A DNA stretch of 64,000 nt, taken from IMG/VR virus record IMGVR_UViG_3300042090_000199, positions 13,745 to 77,744 of that record; one strand, written 5' to 3'. Source of the DNA: a virus. Shown in pieces: positions 17,290 through 26,931 of this stretch; position 1 is the stretch's first letter; each line of letters begins with the position of its first letter. Made by a program: the position numbers and the translations under genes. The notes beneath the pieces are model-generated. The model had not been told where the DNA came from and ran no database searches. It saw only the letters and a list, made by a program, of their open reading frames with translations.

Positions 17290-18125
17290 TGATTCCGATA
17301 GAAGTAGCAATTATCCCTCCAGGCGCTCTCGCACAGCGGTACTGCGAAAACCGTCGTATACAGATGGCTCTGGCAGGCGAACTCATTCATCCTAACGGAG
17401 GAGAACCTCCGAACGGTCACTATCTCGACTTCTACAACCAGGCATGGAAGAGTCACCATGTCGAGTGGCTACTAGACAACGGCGCCTGGGAAGGTCAACG
17501 TCTGAACAACAACGACCTTCTGCGAGTCGCTGCACGCTACGGTGCAACAGAGCTAGTAGCACCTGACGTCCTAGGTGATCCTTCCGCGACGCTAGCACTC
17601 ACTCAAGAGTTCCTGGGACTTCTACGAGACTCGCCGAAGCTGCCTTTCGGACAGGTCCCACGCATTGCAGTCGTAGCTCACGGGCAGAGTCTTAACGAGT
17701 CTCTGGCGTTCGTATCCGAACTGAACCACTGCGACACGAGTCATCATGTCAAGACGATCTCTATCAGCCGAACTACCTGCTACAGGTCAGGCAACCCTAC
17801 AGCTAGGTTTGAACTGGCTCTAGAAATCAAGAAGCGCTACGGTATTCGTTACGATATTCACCTGCTAGGCTTTAGTGACCAATGGCCAACAGAGCTTCAG
17901 CACTGCGCCTCGGTATCTGGTCTAGTTCGGAGCATGGATACTATTGCGCCCTTCTCGTATGCACACAGAGGAGTAAGCATAGAAGAAGTCGGCAGAGTAG
18001 AAGTACCGCGGCCTGATAACTACTTCGAACTCACTTATGCAGACTTCGATCACGACCTACTGCTGCACAACATCAACGTCCTCGACCAGTGGGGTCGTAC
18101 TCCGATTCAGAGGTGGAAATCATGA
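17289..18125 (+). CDS. dpdA: DNA 7-deazaguanine transglycosylase (TGT/DpdA-like)
   Basis: LLDNGAWE, APDV, HG, IHLLG, RSMDT: TGT-like motifs; translationally coupled to folE. Confidence 0.72.
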   Translation: MIPIEVAIIPPGALAQRYCENRRIQMALAGELIHPNGGEPPNGHYLDFYNQAWKSHHVEWLLDNGAWEGQRLNNNDLLRVAARYGATELVAPDVLGDPSATLALTQEFLGLLRDSPKLPFGQVPRIAVVAHGQSLNESLAFVSELNHCDTSHHVKTISISRTTCYRSGNPTARFELALEIKKRYGIRYDIHLLGFSDQWPTELQHCASVSGLVRSMDTIAPFSYAHRGVSIEEVGRVEVPRPDNYFELTYADFDHDLLLHNINVLDQWGRTPIQRWKS

Positions 18126-18691
18126 CAGAGCGTATAGTTATCATTCCACGCAACGAGAACTGGGAAACACCTTCAGGCTGGTTCGTGATAGAGTACTACG
18201 CAGGCTACGGTCTACTAGGCAGTGCTGGTATACCTTCTGCAGCACGTATCACAGACGACCCTGAACACCATGAGCTTATACAAGTCCTACAGTCGTTTCC
18301 TTCCGAACACGTCTGTACTCAAGGTGTCTGTAACGAGCACGCAGGAATTCATCCTGAGAACATCCACATGACAGAAAGCATCGATCTACGTACTCAGGGT
18401 GAACTGCGCCCAGAGTACTACAAGACTGAGTCAGGTCTGGAACCATGGGACGTTATTAAGGCCTTTCGTCTAGATTACTGGCGAGGCAATGCAGTTGCAT
18501 ATCTCCTGCGAGCAGGTCGTAAGCCTGGAGATAGCGGCGGCAACGGTGCTATATCAGACATACGGAAAGCGTATACGTTTCTAGGCGAACGTCTACGTAT
18601 GCTAGACGAAGAACGATATCCACTTCATGTAGTAACTATTCAGGACGCAGAAGATGAACCGAAGCGTAGAGGACCTACTGACGTGGGGTGA
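18122..18691 (+). CDS. DUF3310-domain protein
   Basis: P.YY....EPWDVI.....GNAVAYLLRAGRK...DIRKA. Confidence 0.75.
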   Translation: MTERIVIIPRNENWETPSGWFVIEYYAGYGLLGSAGIPSAARITDDPEHHELIQVLQSFPSEHVCTQGVCNEHAGIHPENIHMTESIDLRTQGELRPEYYKTESGLEPWDVIKAFRLDYWRGNAVAYLLRAGRKPGDSGGNGAISDIRKAYTFLGERLRMLDEERYPLHVVTIQDAEDEPKRRGPTDVG

Positions 18692-18781
18692 AAACTGCAA
18701 CGTTCGGTTGCGTGACACAGACATTTACTGCTTGCGCAACGAACATGGCGATGACACTCCTCACCAGAACGGGGACGTAAC

Positions 18782-21700
18782 GTGGTGGAACAATCAGGTG
18801 AACTAGTTCAGCCGAAAGCACGTCGTCATCCTCTAGCAGCCTGCGAGACTTGTCCGCTTAACACCTCTGAATACGGATTCGTTCCTAGCTCTGGACCTGA
18901 CCGAGCCAGGATCGCTCTAGTGGGTCAGAATCCTGGGCGAGCAGAGATTAGGCTAGGCAGACCATTCATTGGACCAAGTGGCAAACTCCTAGACAAGGTT
19001 CTGCAAGCCTACCGTCTGAGGCGAGATGAGATGTTCATTACGAACGCTTGTCTCTGCACGTCTAAGGACAACCCAAGCTTCACGCCTCCTCCGGGAGCGG
19101 TAACTGCTTGTCGACAAAGACTGCTAACCGAGCTTAGGCAGCACGGCGTCGAACAGATCGTGGCCCTGGGGAACACTGCAGCACAGTCGTTGCTGAGAAC
19201 TAAGATCGGTATTACTCAGCTACGCGTAGGACCGTTCCGTGAGACAGACGACCTGCCAGATGTCAAGATCATTCCGACCTTTCATCCTGCTGCATGCGTC
19301 GATCCGGCTACGAAAATTCTCAAGGCAGACCTTTCATGGATACCTGCCTCTGATATCCAAGTAGGAGACGAACTAATAGGCTTCGACGAGAACAAGCCTC
19401 GCGAACCATACTCCCGGAGAGAATGGAAGCCTACTGCAGTCACGGAAGCTTACAATATAGTGACTTCTAGATACAGGATTACCCTAGAGAATGGAGATAC
19501 TCTCACTTGTAGTTCGGATCATCTATGGCTCGCCTGGGATCCTAGTGACAGGTCAATGCATTGGATGGTTCCAGAGCGTCTAAAGAAACGACTAGGTCGA
19601 GCAACTCTACAACTGTTCATGAAGCCTTGGGAACTAGCTGAAGGATCATCAGCAGGCTATATAGCAGGGTTCCTTGATGGTGAGGGAACTATCCATCCTC
19701 AAGATGGTCTACAGTGGGGTCAGAACAACGGAGCCGTAGCAGACCATATAGTCCGACTGTTCAAGGAATACGAATTCGATATTCGCGTCAGCAAGGGATG
19801 GTCGGGAACTCACAAATATACAGGCAATAAGGAGTCAGGAGAATGCAGACATTATCACACGCGTGGACGTAGAGAGGGGTTGCGAGCAGTCGGAATGTTT
19901 CGACCCGTTCGTCTCCTACCTAAGGCTCGCAAGATATGGGAAGGATGGGGTGTCAGAGCTGATAAGGTACTAGTAACAAACGTCGAGAAGATCGAAGACG
20001 GTGTAGTTCGTGTCATAAACACAACTGAGCGAACCTATATAGCAGACGGCTACATGTCTCATAACTGCCTACGTGCTCCTGCTGCTTTCCCTTCGATGTG
20101 CAACGACTTCCAGAAGCTTGTAGTCGCTGCTCCTCCCTGGAAGAAGCCTAAGGTAGTCGTCATTGATACTGAAAAGGGAGCGCTCCGTGCAATAGCCATT
20201 TTGCGACGGAAGTACAATAAAGCCGTAGTTGACATTGAAACCGACCTAGATAAGGAAAAGTCGTTCGACCACCCGAGCAGGTTCGCACTGCTCTGCATAG
20301 GCATATGTGTACAGAAAGGTGTAGGCATTGTATTCGGAGAACGAGCCTGTAGATCTGAAGCAGTCCTCAAATCGATGGCCGATTGGCTGCGAGGTATTGA
20401 ACTCATATTTCAGAACGGGAAATTCGACGTCAGTGGCTTGTATCCTAAGGGATTCACCGACCTTGTCATCGGACAAGACACCATGCTCAAATCCTACGTG
20501 CTGGATGAACGCTCGGGTATCCACGGACTGAAGTACAACGCCGTCGAGAAACTAGGTGCTCCCCGTTATGACGAAGATCTCGACCAATACACCGGAAAAG
20601 GGAAGAACAAGCGCTTCGGTAATATCCCAAGGTCTATCCTATACGAATACAACGGCTACGATGTCGTTTGCACCTGGGAACTCGATGAGTTCTTCGATGC
20701 CGATATCGACCGAGAAGATGGTCTACGCCTTCCGCCTATACGCGATCGCGCTGACGGTGAATGGTGGGGACTCCGACATCTGCATGACTTTCTATGCGAG
20801 GCTGCCACAGGGTTCGTCTACCTAGAACTCAACGGGTTCGCTGTAGACCTGACTTATAATCGTCAGCTGCAAAGAGAGTACGCAATCGAAGCTAAGGGCT
20901 ACGAGCGTACTATGTTCAGGATAGCAGGAGAGTTCAACCCGAAATCGCCTATGCAGGTCAAGGCTGTTCTTCACGATCTGGGTGTCAAGATACCCATGAA
21001 GAAGAACCTCAAAGGTGACATGGTTGAAACTACCGATGCCGAAGCATTGACCTTGATGTACGAAGCTGCCAAAGCGCGTAGAGACAGAACTAAGTCAGGG
21101 AGAACAGCTCAGGCTCCGGGTCGTGTAGTTCTACAAGGCACGATCGATCATGGCGGCTCGAACCAGATCGGTCCTGAAGTCGTAGAGGTAAGTACTGAAG
21201 ACAGCATCGTTACGTTTCTGGAGACGATGCTTAAGTACCGTAAGGTGGCTAAACTAGATGGTACGTATGTCACAGGACTCCGGAAATACGTTTACCGCGG
21301 TAGGGTTTATCCCACCGTAATGCTTCATAGTACTAGTACCGGAAGACTATCCCAAAAGAAGCCCTCGCTCCAGGTCATTCCTCGGGGTGATAAGCTGCGT
21401 AGACAGTACAAGGTCGCTAAGGATGATCACGTCCTTGTTGGTGCGGACTACGGTCAGCTTGAACTCCGAGTTCTAACCTGGCTAGCCCAGGAGCCATATT
21501 TTGCAGAAATCTTCCGTGATCCTTCTCGAGACCTGTTTGACGAACTACTTCCTATCGTTAGACCTGAACGATCATACAGACTAGCATCGGCTTCAGCTAA
21601 GGACAAGCGTATCATCGTTAAGGCCTTCGTATACGGTCTAGCGTACGGTCGTGAAGCCAAGTCCATTTCGGACGAACTAGATATTCCGCTTCGCGACGCA

Positions 21701-22216
21701 CAAGCCATGTATCGTGACTTCTTCGTGGTCATTCCCCGAATCGTAGCCTTTCGCGAGAAGATCAAGTGGGCTGCCACGCACGGCGAAGATCTGATTACGC
21801 CTTTTGGTCGACGTCGTCGATTCAACCTCGTTACGGACGAGAACCTCAAGGACGTCCAGAACGAAGCCATGGCTTTCCTTCCGCAGTCTACAGGGTCTGA
21901 TATCTGCGTTCAGGCCTTCATTAACCTGCGTAAGGAACTCAAGGGTGTCGCTTGGTGTCGTAATACCATCCATGACGCTCTGTACTTTGAGACGCATCAG
22001 GGCAACGTCGAATACGTAGGCAACCTAATGCGCCAGCGCATGGCAGAGTCCGCATACAGGATCTGCGGCGACTACGTACCATTCATAGTCGACGTAGAAG
22101 TAGGTCGCAACTGGGGCGACATGAATCATCTCGAAGAATGGCTCAAGGGAGAACGTCCCTATCCGTGTGCAGTCGAACTCTGGAAGCCTCCTATGTTTCA
22201 GGAATACGCAGCATGA
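18782..22216 (+). CDS. polA: DNA polymerase A with N-terminal uracil-DNA-glycosylase-like domain and intein
   Basis: UDG4 motifs (CxxC, GQNPG, GRPFIGPSG, HPAA); exonuclease DIET/QNGKFD/YNGYD; TGRLS, DYGQLELR, KAFVYGLAYG, HDAL. Confidence 0.93.
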   Translation: MVEQSGELVQPKARRHPLAACETCPLNTSEYGFVPSSGPDRARIALVGQNPGRAEIRLGRPFIGPSGKLLDKVLQAYRLRRDEMFITNACLCTSKDNPSFTPPPGAVTACRQRLLTELRQHGVEQIVALGNTAAQSLLRTKIGITQLRVGPFRETDDLPDVKIIPTFHPAACVDPATKILKADLSWIPASDIQVGDELIGFDENKPREPYSRREWKPTAVTEAYNIVTSRYRITLENGDTLTCSSDHLWLAWDPSDRSMHWMVPERLKKRLGRATLQLFMKPWELAEGSSAGYIAGFLDGEGTIHPQDGLQWGQNNGAVADHIVRLFKEYEFDIRVSKGWSGTHKYTGNKESGECRHYHTRGRREGLRAVGMFRPVRLLPKARKIWEGWGVRADKVLVTNVEKIEDGVVRVINTTERTYIADGYMSHNCLRAPAAFPSMCNDFQKLVVAAPPWKKPKVVVIDTEKGALRAIAILRRKYNKAVVDIETDLDKEKSFDHPSRFALLCIGICVQKGVGIVFGERACRSEAVLKSMADWLRGIELIFQNGKFDVSGLYPKGFTDLVIGQDTMLKSYVLDERSGIHGLKYNAVEKLGAPRYDEDLDQYTGKGKNKRFGNIPRSILYEYNGYDVVCTWELDEFFDADIDREDGLRLPPIRDRADGEWWGLRHLHDFLCEAATGFVYLELNGFAVDLTYNRQLQREYAIEAKGYERTMFRIAGEFNPKSPMQVKAVLHDLGVKIPMKKNLKGDMVETTDAEALTLMYEAAKARRDRTKSGRTAQAPGRVVLQGTIDHGGSNQIGPEVVEVSTEDSIVTFLETMLKYRKVAKLDGTYVTGLRKYVYRGRVYPTVMLHSTSTGRLSQKKPSLQVIPRGDKLRRQYKVAKDDHVLVGADYGQLELRVLTWLAQEPYFAEIFRDPSRDLFDELLPIVRPERSYRLASASAKDKRIIVKAFVYGLAYGREAKSISDELDIPLRDAQAMYRDFFVVIPRIVAFREKIKWAATHGEDLITPFGRRRRFNLVTDENLKDVQNEAMAFLPQSTGSDICVQAFINLRKELKGVAWCRNTIHDALYFETHQGNVEYVGNLMRQRMAESAYRICGDYVPFIVDVEVGRNWGDMNHLEEWLKGERPYPCAVELWKPPMFQEYAA
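19295..20065 (+). mobile_element. Intein (257 aa) with a LAGLIDADG motif
   Basis: Starts CVDPATKIL, ends YIADGYMSHN followed by C; contains YIAGFLDGEG. Confidence 0.9.
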
Positions 22217-22474
22217 ACCAGTTCGAACGAGATAAGTCTGAGCTCGGATGGCGAGTAGCTATGGCGCTTTGGCTCGAGAATCGCACGACCGCTCCTAGGA
22301 TCATTAATTGGCAAGACCCGATGCGCATCAGGAGTACGCGGCATGAGTAGCATACCAACTTGGCTCCTAGCTGTGCTACTTCTCAACAGCTTCCTGCTTG
22401 CCTGCATGACTCTCAAGTATGGCGGCTGGTTTCGTCGGTTCAGGGACTGGTATGAGAGCAGATAGGAGAGTTTC

Positions 22475-22789
22475 GTGATCGAGTACTTTATCTTCCCGCT
22501 AGTTTCCTTCGTAGCCATGAGCGCTCAGGATATCCTCTGCGTATGGATGGTTCGTGCAGAAGCACAGGGACGGTCCAGCGACGCAGGAAACTGGGACATG
22601 GCGGGCGATGCTTGTCGCATGGCCTGGCTATACTGCGGTGGCGACGCCATTTTCGTCAGCAAGAACTACCTACTAGCGATCCTGTGTGTCATAGCAACCC
22701 TGGTGGCTGACAAGTGGGGTACTTACTGGGGAAGTGAACTTGCCAAGAAGATGGAAGCTCGACACGCTGAGGAGCACCTAGAACCATGA
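22475..22789 (+). CDS. Membrane protein
   Basis: Hydrophobic segments; RBS AGGAG. Confidence 0.55.
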   Translation: MIEYFIFPLVSFVAMSAQDILCVWMVRAEAQGRSSDAGNWDMAGDACRMAWLYCGGDAIFVSKNYLLAILCVIATLVADKWGTYWGSELAKKMEARHAEEHLEP

Positions 22790-23074
22790 TATCCATCCCG
22801 ATTTGGCTCCTAGTAGTTCTTATCGTCGGGATAATCTTGGGAGCAGGAGCGGTCATATGGTTCCTTAACTGGATATCGCACTTCATGGACGGCTTTTGAC
22901 ATGAAGAGTCAAGCCCTAGACTCTTGCTTCGACATGATCTGCAAACACATGGTCTGCGCCATCTCATCTCCTGAGGACTCCTATGCTTGGAAGTGGAGAT
23001 GGCAACTAGTAGAGACCTGGCTCGCAGCAGCAGCGAATATCATAGAAGCCGAATAAAAACCTTGCTGTAGCCTC

Positions 23075-23104
23075 TTGCTTTAGACTATCATATTGATATA
23101 TAAT
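23075..23104 (+). promoter_or_regulatory. Sigma70-type promoter
   Basis: AGCCTC-TTGCTT-N18-TATAAT; upstream AAAAACCTTGCTG resembles the 6751 region. Confidence 0.7.
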
Positions 23105-23124
23105 TAAAAGAACGGAGGTGCTGA

Positions 23125-23715
23125 ATGTCAGCTTACGACTACAAGTACACGGACAGAGACGTTCGTGAGAACATTAATCTCATGAAGGCTGCTCAAGACT
23201 ATCTGTTGCAGTACGGAGGAGACTTCGACTACCTAGTCAGAGCTCGACAGTACTTGGTTATTCAAGGCAGTCTACCAACAAGTATAGCGCGTGGAGTTCT
23301 CAACTGCATGCGCAGCGACCCTTACTGGGTAGGTCGAATACCTGCTCCTAGGCTCGAAAACTACTTTATGTCACCACCGGAGTCTCCCAGGAGGCTATAC
23401 GCTGTCGACCTTCAACGTCCTCGGCGCATCAGGCTCAACGCTACGTTCAACAAGCCATACGTTATGTCTCCTTGGAAGACTGCATATCTAGTTCATCTGC
23501 TAGACCAGCGAGACTCACAGCTCTGGTATCATCCGCACACAGGCACCTACGAATGTCTACTACAAGGCTGGTGCAACATCAGCTACGGCCAACGTCGAAA
23601 CCTAATCATGACCGACACTATCCCAGAAGGCAGGAGAGAATGCGACCGTTGTCGGCGCGCTTTGGAGGCGTCCCAACATGATCCATCGTATAGTAGGCGT
23701 CCCCGATGGCCTTAA
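23125..23715 (+). CDS. Hypothetical protein
   Basis: RBS GGAGG; C-terminal CxxC. Confidence 0.6.
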   Translation: MSAYDYKYTDRDVRENINLMKAAQDYLLQYGGDFDYLVRARQYLVIQGSLPTSIARGVLNCMRSDPYWVGRIPAPRLENYFMSPPESPRRLYAVDLQRPRRIRLNATFNKPYVMSPWKTAYLVHLLDQRDSQLWYHPHTGTYECLLQGWCNISYGQRRNLIMTDTIPEGRRECDRCRRALEASQHDPSYSRRPRWP

Positions 23716-24073
23716 GCCGGGCGAATATGAAGTTCGCCTAGTACGTACATGTGGTGACATCATTATGTTCGAGTACGTTGAGCCTGAAACTACAAGTGAG
23801 CAGACTAATGACTGAGATCGAAACTATCAGGAAGATCGTTCGCGACATGCTTGCAAGTCACGACCTAGAAGCTGTTCTCGTAGTCAGAGACAGAAATAGT
23901 AAGGAAGTCTTGTACGAAGTAGGACATACCAATATTGGACTTGAAGATCAAGTCACTATCAGACACGTAGTGGGCGACTTCGAAGTCTCGGAAGTCTAGA
24001 CCCGTGAACTACAGTAGATACTGCCACAGATGTCGTAAGTACGTTACGCGATGGCCGCATTGGTGTAGATAAA

Positions 24074-24114
24074 GCCTGACCCTCCCTCGGGCGGACGGCG
24101 AGAGAGGGCCAGGC
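24074..24114. terminator. Hairpin at the junction of convergent transcription units
   Basis: GCCTGACCCTCCCTCG...CGAGAGAGGGCCAGGC immediately past the endolysin stop. Confidence 0.6.
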
Positions 24115-24122
24115 GCCTAAGG

Positions 24123-25181
24123 CTAGGTCGTAACGAACTGGACCCAGCTAGACCAGACATGGTCCGTAGTGTTTGCCGCCACCCTCCATCTGTAAGTCGT
24201 TCGAGGTGCCAACGCCGCTATCTGCGTTAGCGCCTTAACTGTCTCGTCGATCGACAGAACCCACCCGAAGCCTGACTTATCCCACTCGACCTGCAGGTGG
24301 TATCCTTCTGCTAGAGTCACTCCCGCGACTGGCTGCCACGAGAAGATAGCCTCAGATGCCGTCGACCGAACGGTTTGCTTCAGACCTCCTGGAGCAGACG
24401 ATGGCGTCGGAACGGGGACTGGATCGGGTGCAGAAGGCTCAAGAGCCTTCCAGGTTGCAGACCCGATGACGCCATCGACTGTCAGCTTCTTGAGCGTCTG
24501 AAATGCTTCAGTCGCCGCTAGTGTGCCTTCGCCGAAAAGACCGTCGACTACTAGCCTACCTGGATACCAGGTGTTCAGAGCCTCCTGAGCAGCCCTAACC
24601 GCCGGTCCTGAAGAACCTTGCGACACTAGGTTTCCTGCGACGCCTGACTGGTCCGCCAACCATGACGTCGAGAATACATCCAGGTCGTAGGATCCTCCGC
24701 CTCCTAGGTCACTGAACTGGATAGCGATGATTGGGAACGGACCGGACGCTGTGAGAACTTCTACGACTGCCTGCGCGTCGGTTAGATTCCAGTTCGCGAT
24801 CCATAGCCCGACACCACTCGTAACGCCTGCAGCTACAAGAGCGTTGACGACGTTCGAGACGTTACTCGCTGAGCAGTAGATAGCAGGTCTGCGCTGTCCT
24901 GGCCTCTTGTTCGTTGCGAATGCCGCCTGCATCGCGATAGCCCAAGGCCCGCAGTCTGCGTAGGTGGCTGCACCGCCCTCTACGTCTAGGATATCAGGGA
25001 ACGGACTTTCGTCGACCGCGAGCCCAACCGCCTGAGCGATCAGGACGACTCCAGGGTTAGCGACTAGCTCTGCAGTGCTCCAAAGAATGTCTGGAGTTCC
25101 TGTGACGTAAGCACATCGCTGGCCTGGAGGTAGTGCTCCGTAGTCCGCTGATGTTGCATCGAACGCTGGTATAACACCCAT
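24123..25181 (-). CDS. Endolysin (GH25-like muramidase, peptidoglycan-binding domain, FN3-like)
   Basis: LDVE, PAIY, LWIANW, QF, DLD; GSSG..V...Q..LN...DGLFG..T...FQ...DGVIG..TW. Confidence 0.85.
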   Translation of the reverse strand: MGVIPAFDATSADYGALPPGQRCAYVTGTPDILWSTAELVANPGVVLIAQAVGLAVDESPFPDILDVEGGAATYADCGPWAIAMQAAFATNKRPGQRRPAIYCSASNVSNVVNALVAAGVTSGVGLWIANWNLTDAQAVVEVLTASGPFPIIAIQFSDLGGGGSYDLDVFSTSWLADQSGVAGNLVSQGSSGPAVRAAQEALNTWYPGRLVVDGLFGEGTLAATEAFQTLKKLTVDGVIGSATWKALEPSAPDPVPVPTPSSAPGGLKQTVRSTASEAIFSWQPVAGVTLAEGYHLQVEWDKSGFGWVLSIDETVKALTQIAALAPRTTYRWRVAANTTDHVWSSWVQFVTT

Positions 25182-25199
25182 AGTTGTCCGCCTTCCTGA

Positions 25200-25397
25200 T
25201 TAAGACGTCGGCGGATTGATAACCGTGGACGTCGGAGGCTTAGGCTGGTTCGGGACGAGGTAAACGACGATCGCTGCGATCGCAGCCACGACTGTCGACG
25301 TCAGAGGCGAGTTGTGGCCGAAGGTCGTGACTCCTGTGGAGATCGCGCCGAGAACGGCTACGATGAACTTGCTGTACTGCCCGATGTTGCTGAACAT
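25200..25397 (-). CDS. Holin-like protein
   Basis: Two TM helices, YSKFIVA...VYLVPN, adjacent to the endolysin. Confidence 0.75.
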   Translation of the reverse strand: MFSNIGQYSKFIVAVLGAISTGVTTFGHNSPLTSTVVAAIAAIVVYLVPNQPKPPTSTVINPPTS

Positions 25398-25400
25398 GAT

Positions 25401-25820
25401 CTATTCCTTCCTTTGTACCGCCTGAGCCTTGTCATCAATAATTTGCTGTGCGACATGCAGGCGATCTGCAATCTCCTGCTCCAATCGCGAGACCTTTACC
25501 TCCGCTCCTGCCATCGCTGCATACGTTTCAGGGCTAGTAACTATACCGTTCTCCTTTTGTATCGCAACTAGCTCCTGAATCTTGAGCAGGAGCGCTTTAG
25601 TCGCACTTAGATCCGACTCGATTGATGCTGTCAGAGTAGAGTTCACTAGCGAGTGAATGAGATCCAGCTTGCTATTAGTGTCCGCACCCTGCTTACGGAT
25701 ACCTGTGACTTGTCTGAAGCCTATGATTGCTGCTAGGAGCAAGAGGACTGCTGTTACGATACTGGCTATGGAAGTGACTATGCCGGCATCAGATGAAGCT
25801 GCCACTGAAATGCTAATCAC
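25401..25820 (-). CDS. Membrane protein (lysis cassette)
   Basis: N-terminal TM, IH.LVNS motif, coiled coil. Confidence 0.6.
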   Translation of the reverse strand: MISISVAASSDAGIVTSIASIVTAVLLLLAAIIGFRQVTGIRKQGADTNSKLDLIHSLVNSTLTASIESDLSATKALLLKIQELVAIQKENGIVTSPETYAAMAGAEVKVSRLEQEIADRLHVAQQIIDDKAQAVQRKE

Positions 25821-26287
25821 TAACCATTACTCCTAGTCTGCAGTTGAGTTACCTGCGCTCGTAGCTCCTGAACTTCATCTAGGATAGCCTTAAGACCTCC
25901 TTCAGTATGTATATCCGTCCGATCGATAAGCACTTCAGTATCCTCGAAGGTCTTAGCAGCCCGCGCGTCGGATGCCTTCGACTGGCCATCCTGACCGACC
26001 ATAATGATGGACAGCAGGACTAGCTGCAGGAAGAATGACGCCGTCCACTGGACCATGCCATACAGTCCGCCCTGGATAGCCTGCGGCAGCGCGAGTAGGT
26101 CTAGAGCCGCGAAGACATAGGCACACCACATCGTGCCTACACCCTTAGTAATCTTCAAGGCTAGCCAGGCGTTGACCTTAGCGTACCAGGGCGCATCACT
26201 AGCAGCCCGCAGATGATCATGACCATGTAGATGTACTGCTAGGCCATGCTTCGTGTGCCCGAAGTGCGGCTTGTGGTCGTCCGCCAT
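25820..26287 (-). CDS. DUF1003-like membrane protein
   Basis: ITKGVGTMW...FLQLVLLSIIMVGQ. Confidence 0.65.
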   Translation of the reverse strand: MADDHKPHFGHTKHGLAVHLHGHDHLRAASDAPWYAKVNAWLALKITKGVGTMWCAYVFAALDLLALPQAIQGGLYGMVQWTASFFLQLVLLSIIMVGQDGQSKASDARAAKTFEDTEVLIDRTDIHTEGGLKAILDEVQELRAQVTQLQTRSNG

Positions 26288-26299
26288 AGCCTTACCTCC

Positions 26300-26632
26300 T
26301 TACTGTACGAGACCCGCCCAAAGAGGTGCGAGTGCGGTATCGTAATTGTATGCACTCGGCTGCGTAGCCGTGCCGTAGTATAGCGCGGATACAGTATTAA
26401 ACAGGCCAATCATGTATGCCGCGTAGGCGGCATCAGACTGGTTACCAGGAGCGTTTGAGTTAGCGTTGTTGTATCCTGCCGCCGTCAGGATCTGTACAGG
26501 CGTCCCGCCTGCGCCGTTGTTCACGAATGTGCTCAGGCGTCGGAGCTCCTCCATGATATTCCGCAACGACGTAGCTAGAGTGGTCAGCGTCTGGTCGATC
26601 GTCAGGTTCGTTGCTTGCATGCCGACAGGCAT
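26300..26632 (-). CDS. Hypothetical virion-region protein
   Basis: RBS GGAGG; ORF. Confidence 0.6.
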   Translation of the reverse strand: MPVGMQATNLTIDQTLTTLATSLRNIMEELRRLSTFVNNGAGGTPVQILTAAGYNNANSNAPGNQSDAAYAAYMIGLFNTVSALYYGTATQPSAYNYDTALAPLWAGLVQ

Positions 26633-26640
26633 CTTACCTC

Positions 26641-26919
26641 CTATGAAGCGTGCTCCTCCGACGGCTCGTCGATCGACAAGTCGTCCTCATCATCACTGTA
26701 CATATCAGCCGCAGACAACGCTGCGACTTGTTCCTTGAGCGAATCTAGTTCCTTCACGCAACTCTGGAATGACTCAGCTAGAATACGCTCACGCTCACGG
26801 CCTTCCTCGATCGCCACTTCCAGGATCGCCTGCTGGATAATCGCGTCCGATATCTTGTCGCGCAGCTTCCGCACGAGCACGTCTGCATTGACCTGCACAT
26901 TTGCCTGGTTGTCCGCCAT
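26641..26919 (-). CDS. Coiled-coil protein (possible fibre chaperone)
   Basis: Directly follows the tail fibre gene. Confidence 0.55.
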   Translation of the reverse strand: MADNQANVQVNADVLVRKLRDKISDAIIQQAILEVAIEEGRERERILAESFQSCVKELDSLKEQVAALSAADMYSDDEDDLSIDEPSEEHAS

Positions 26920-26931
26920 ATCTGCCTGCTC

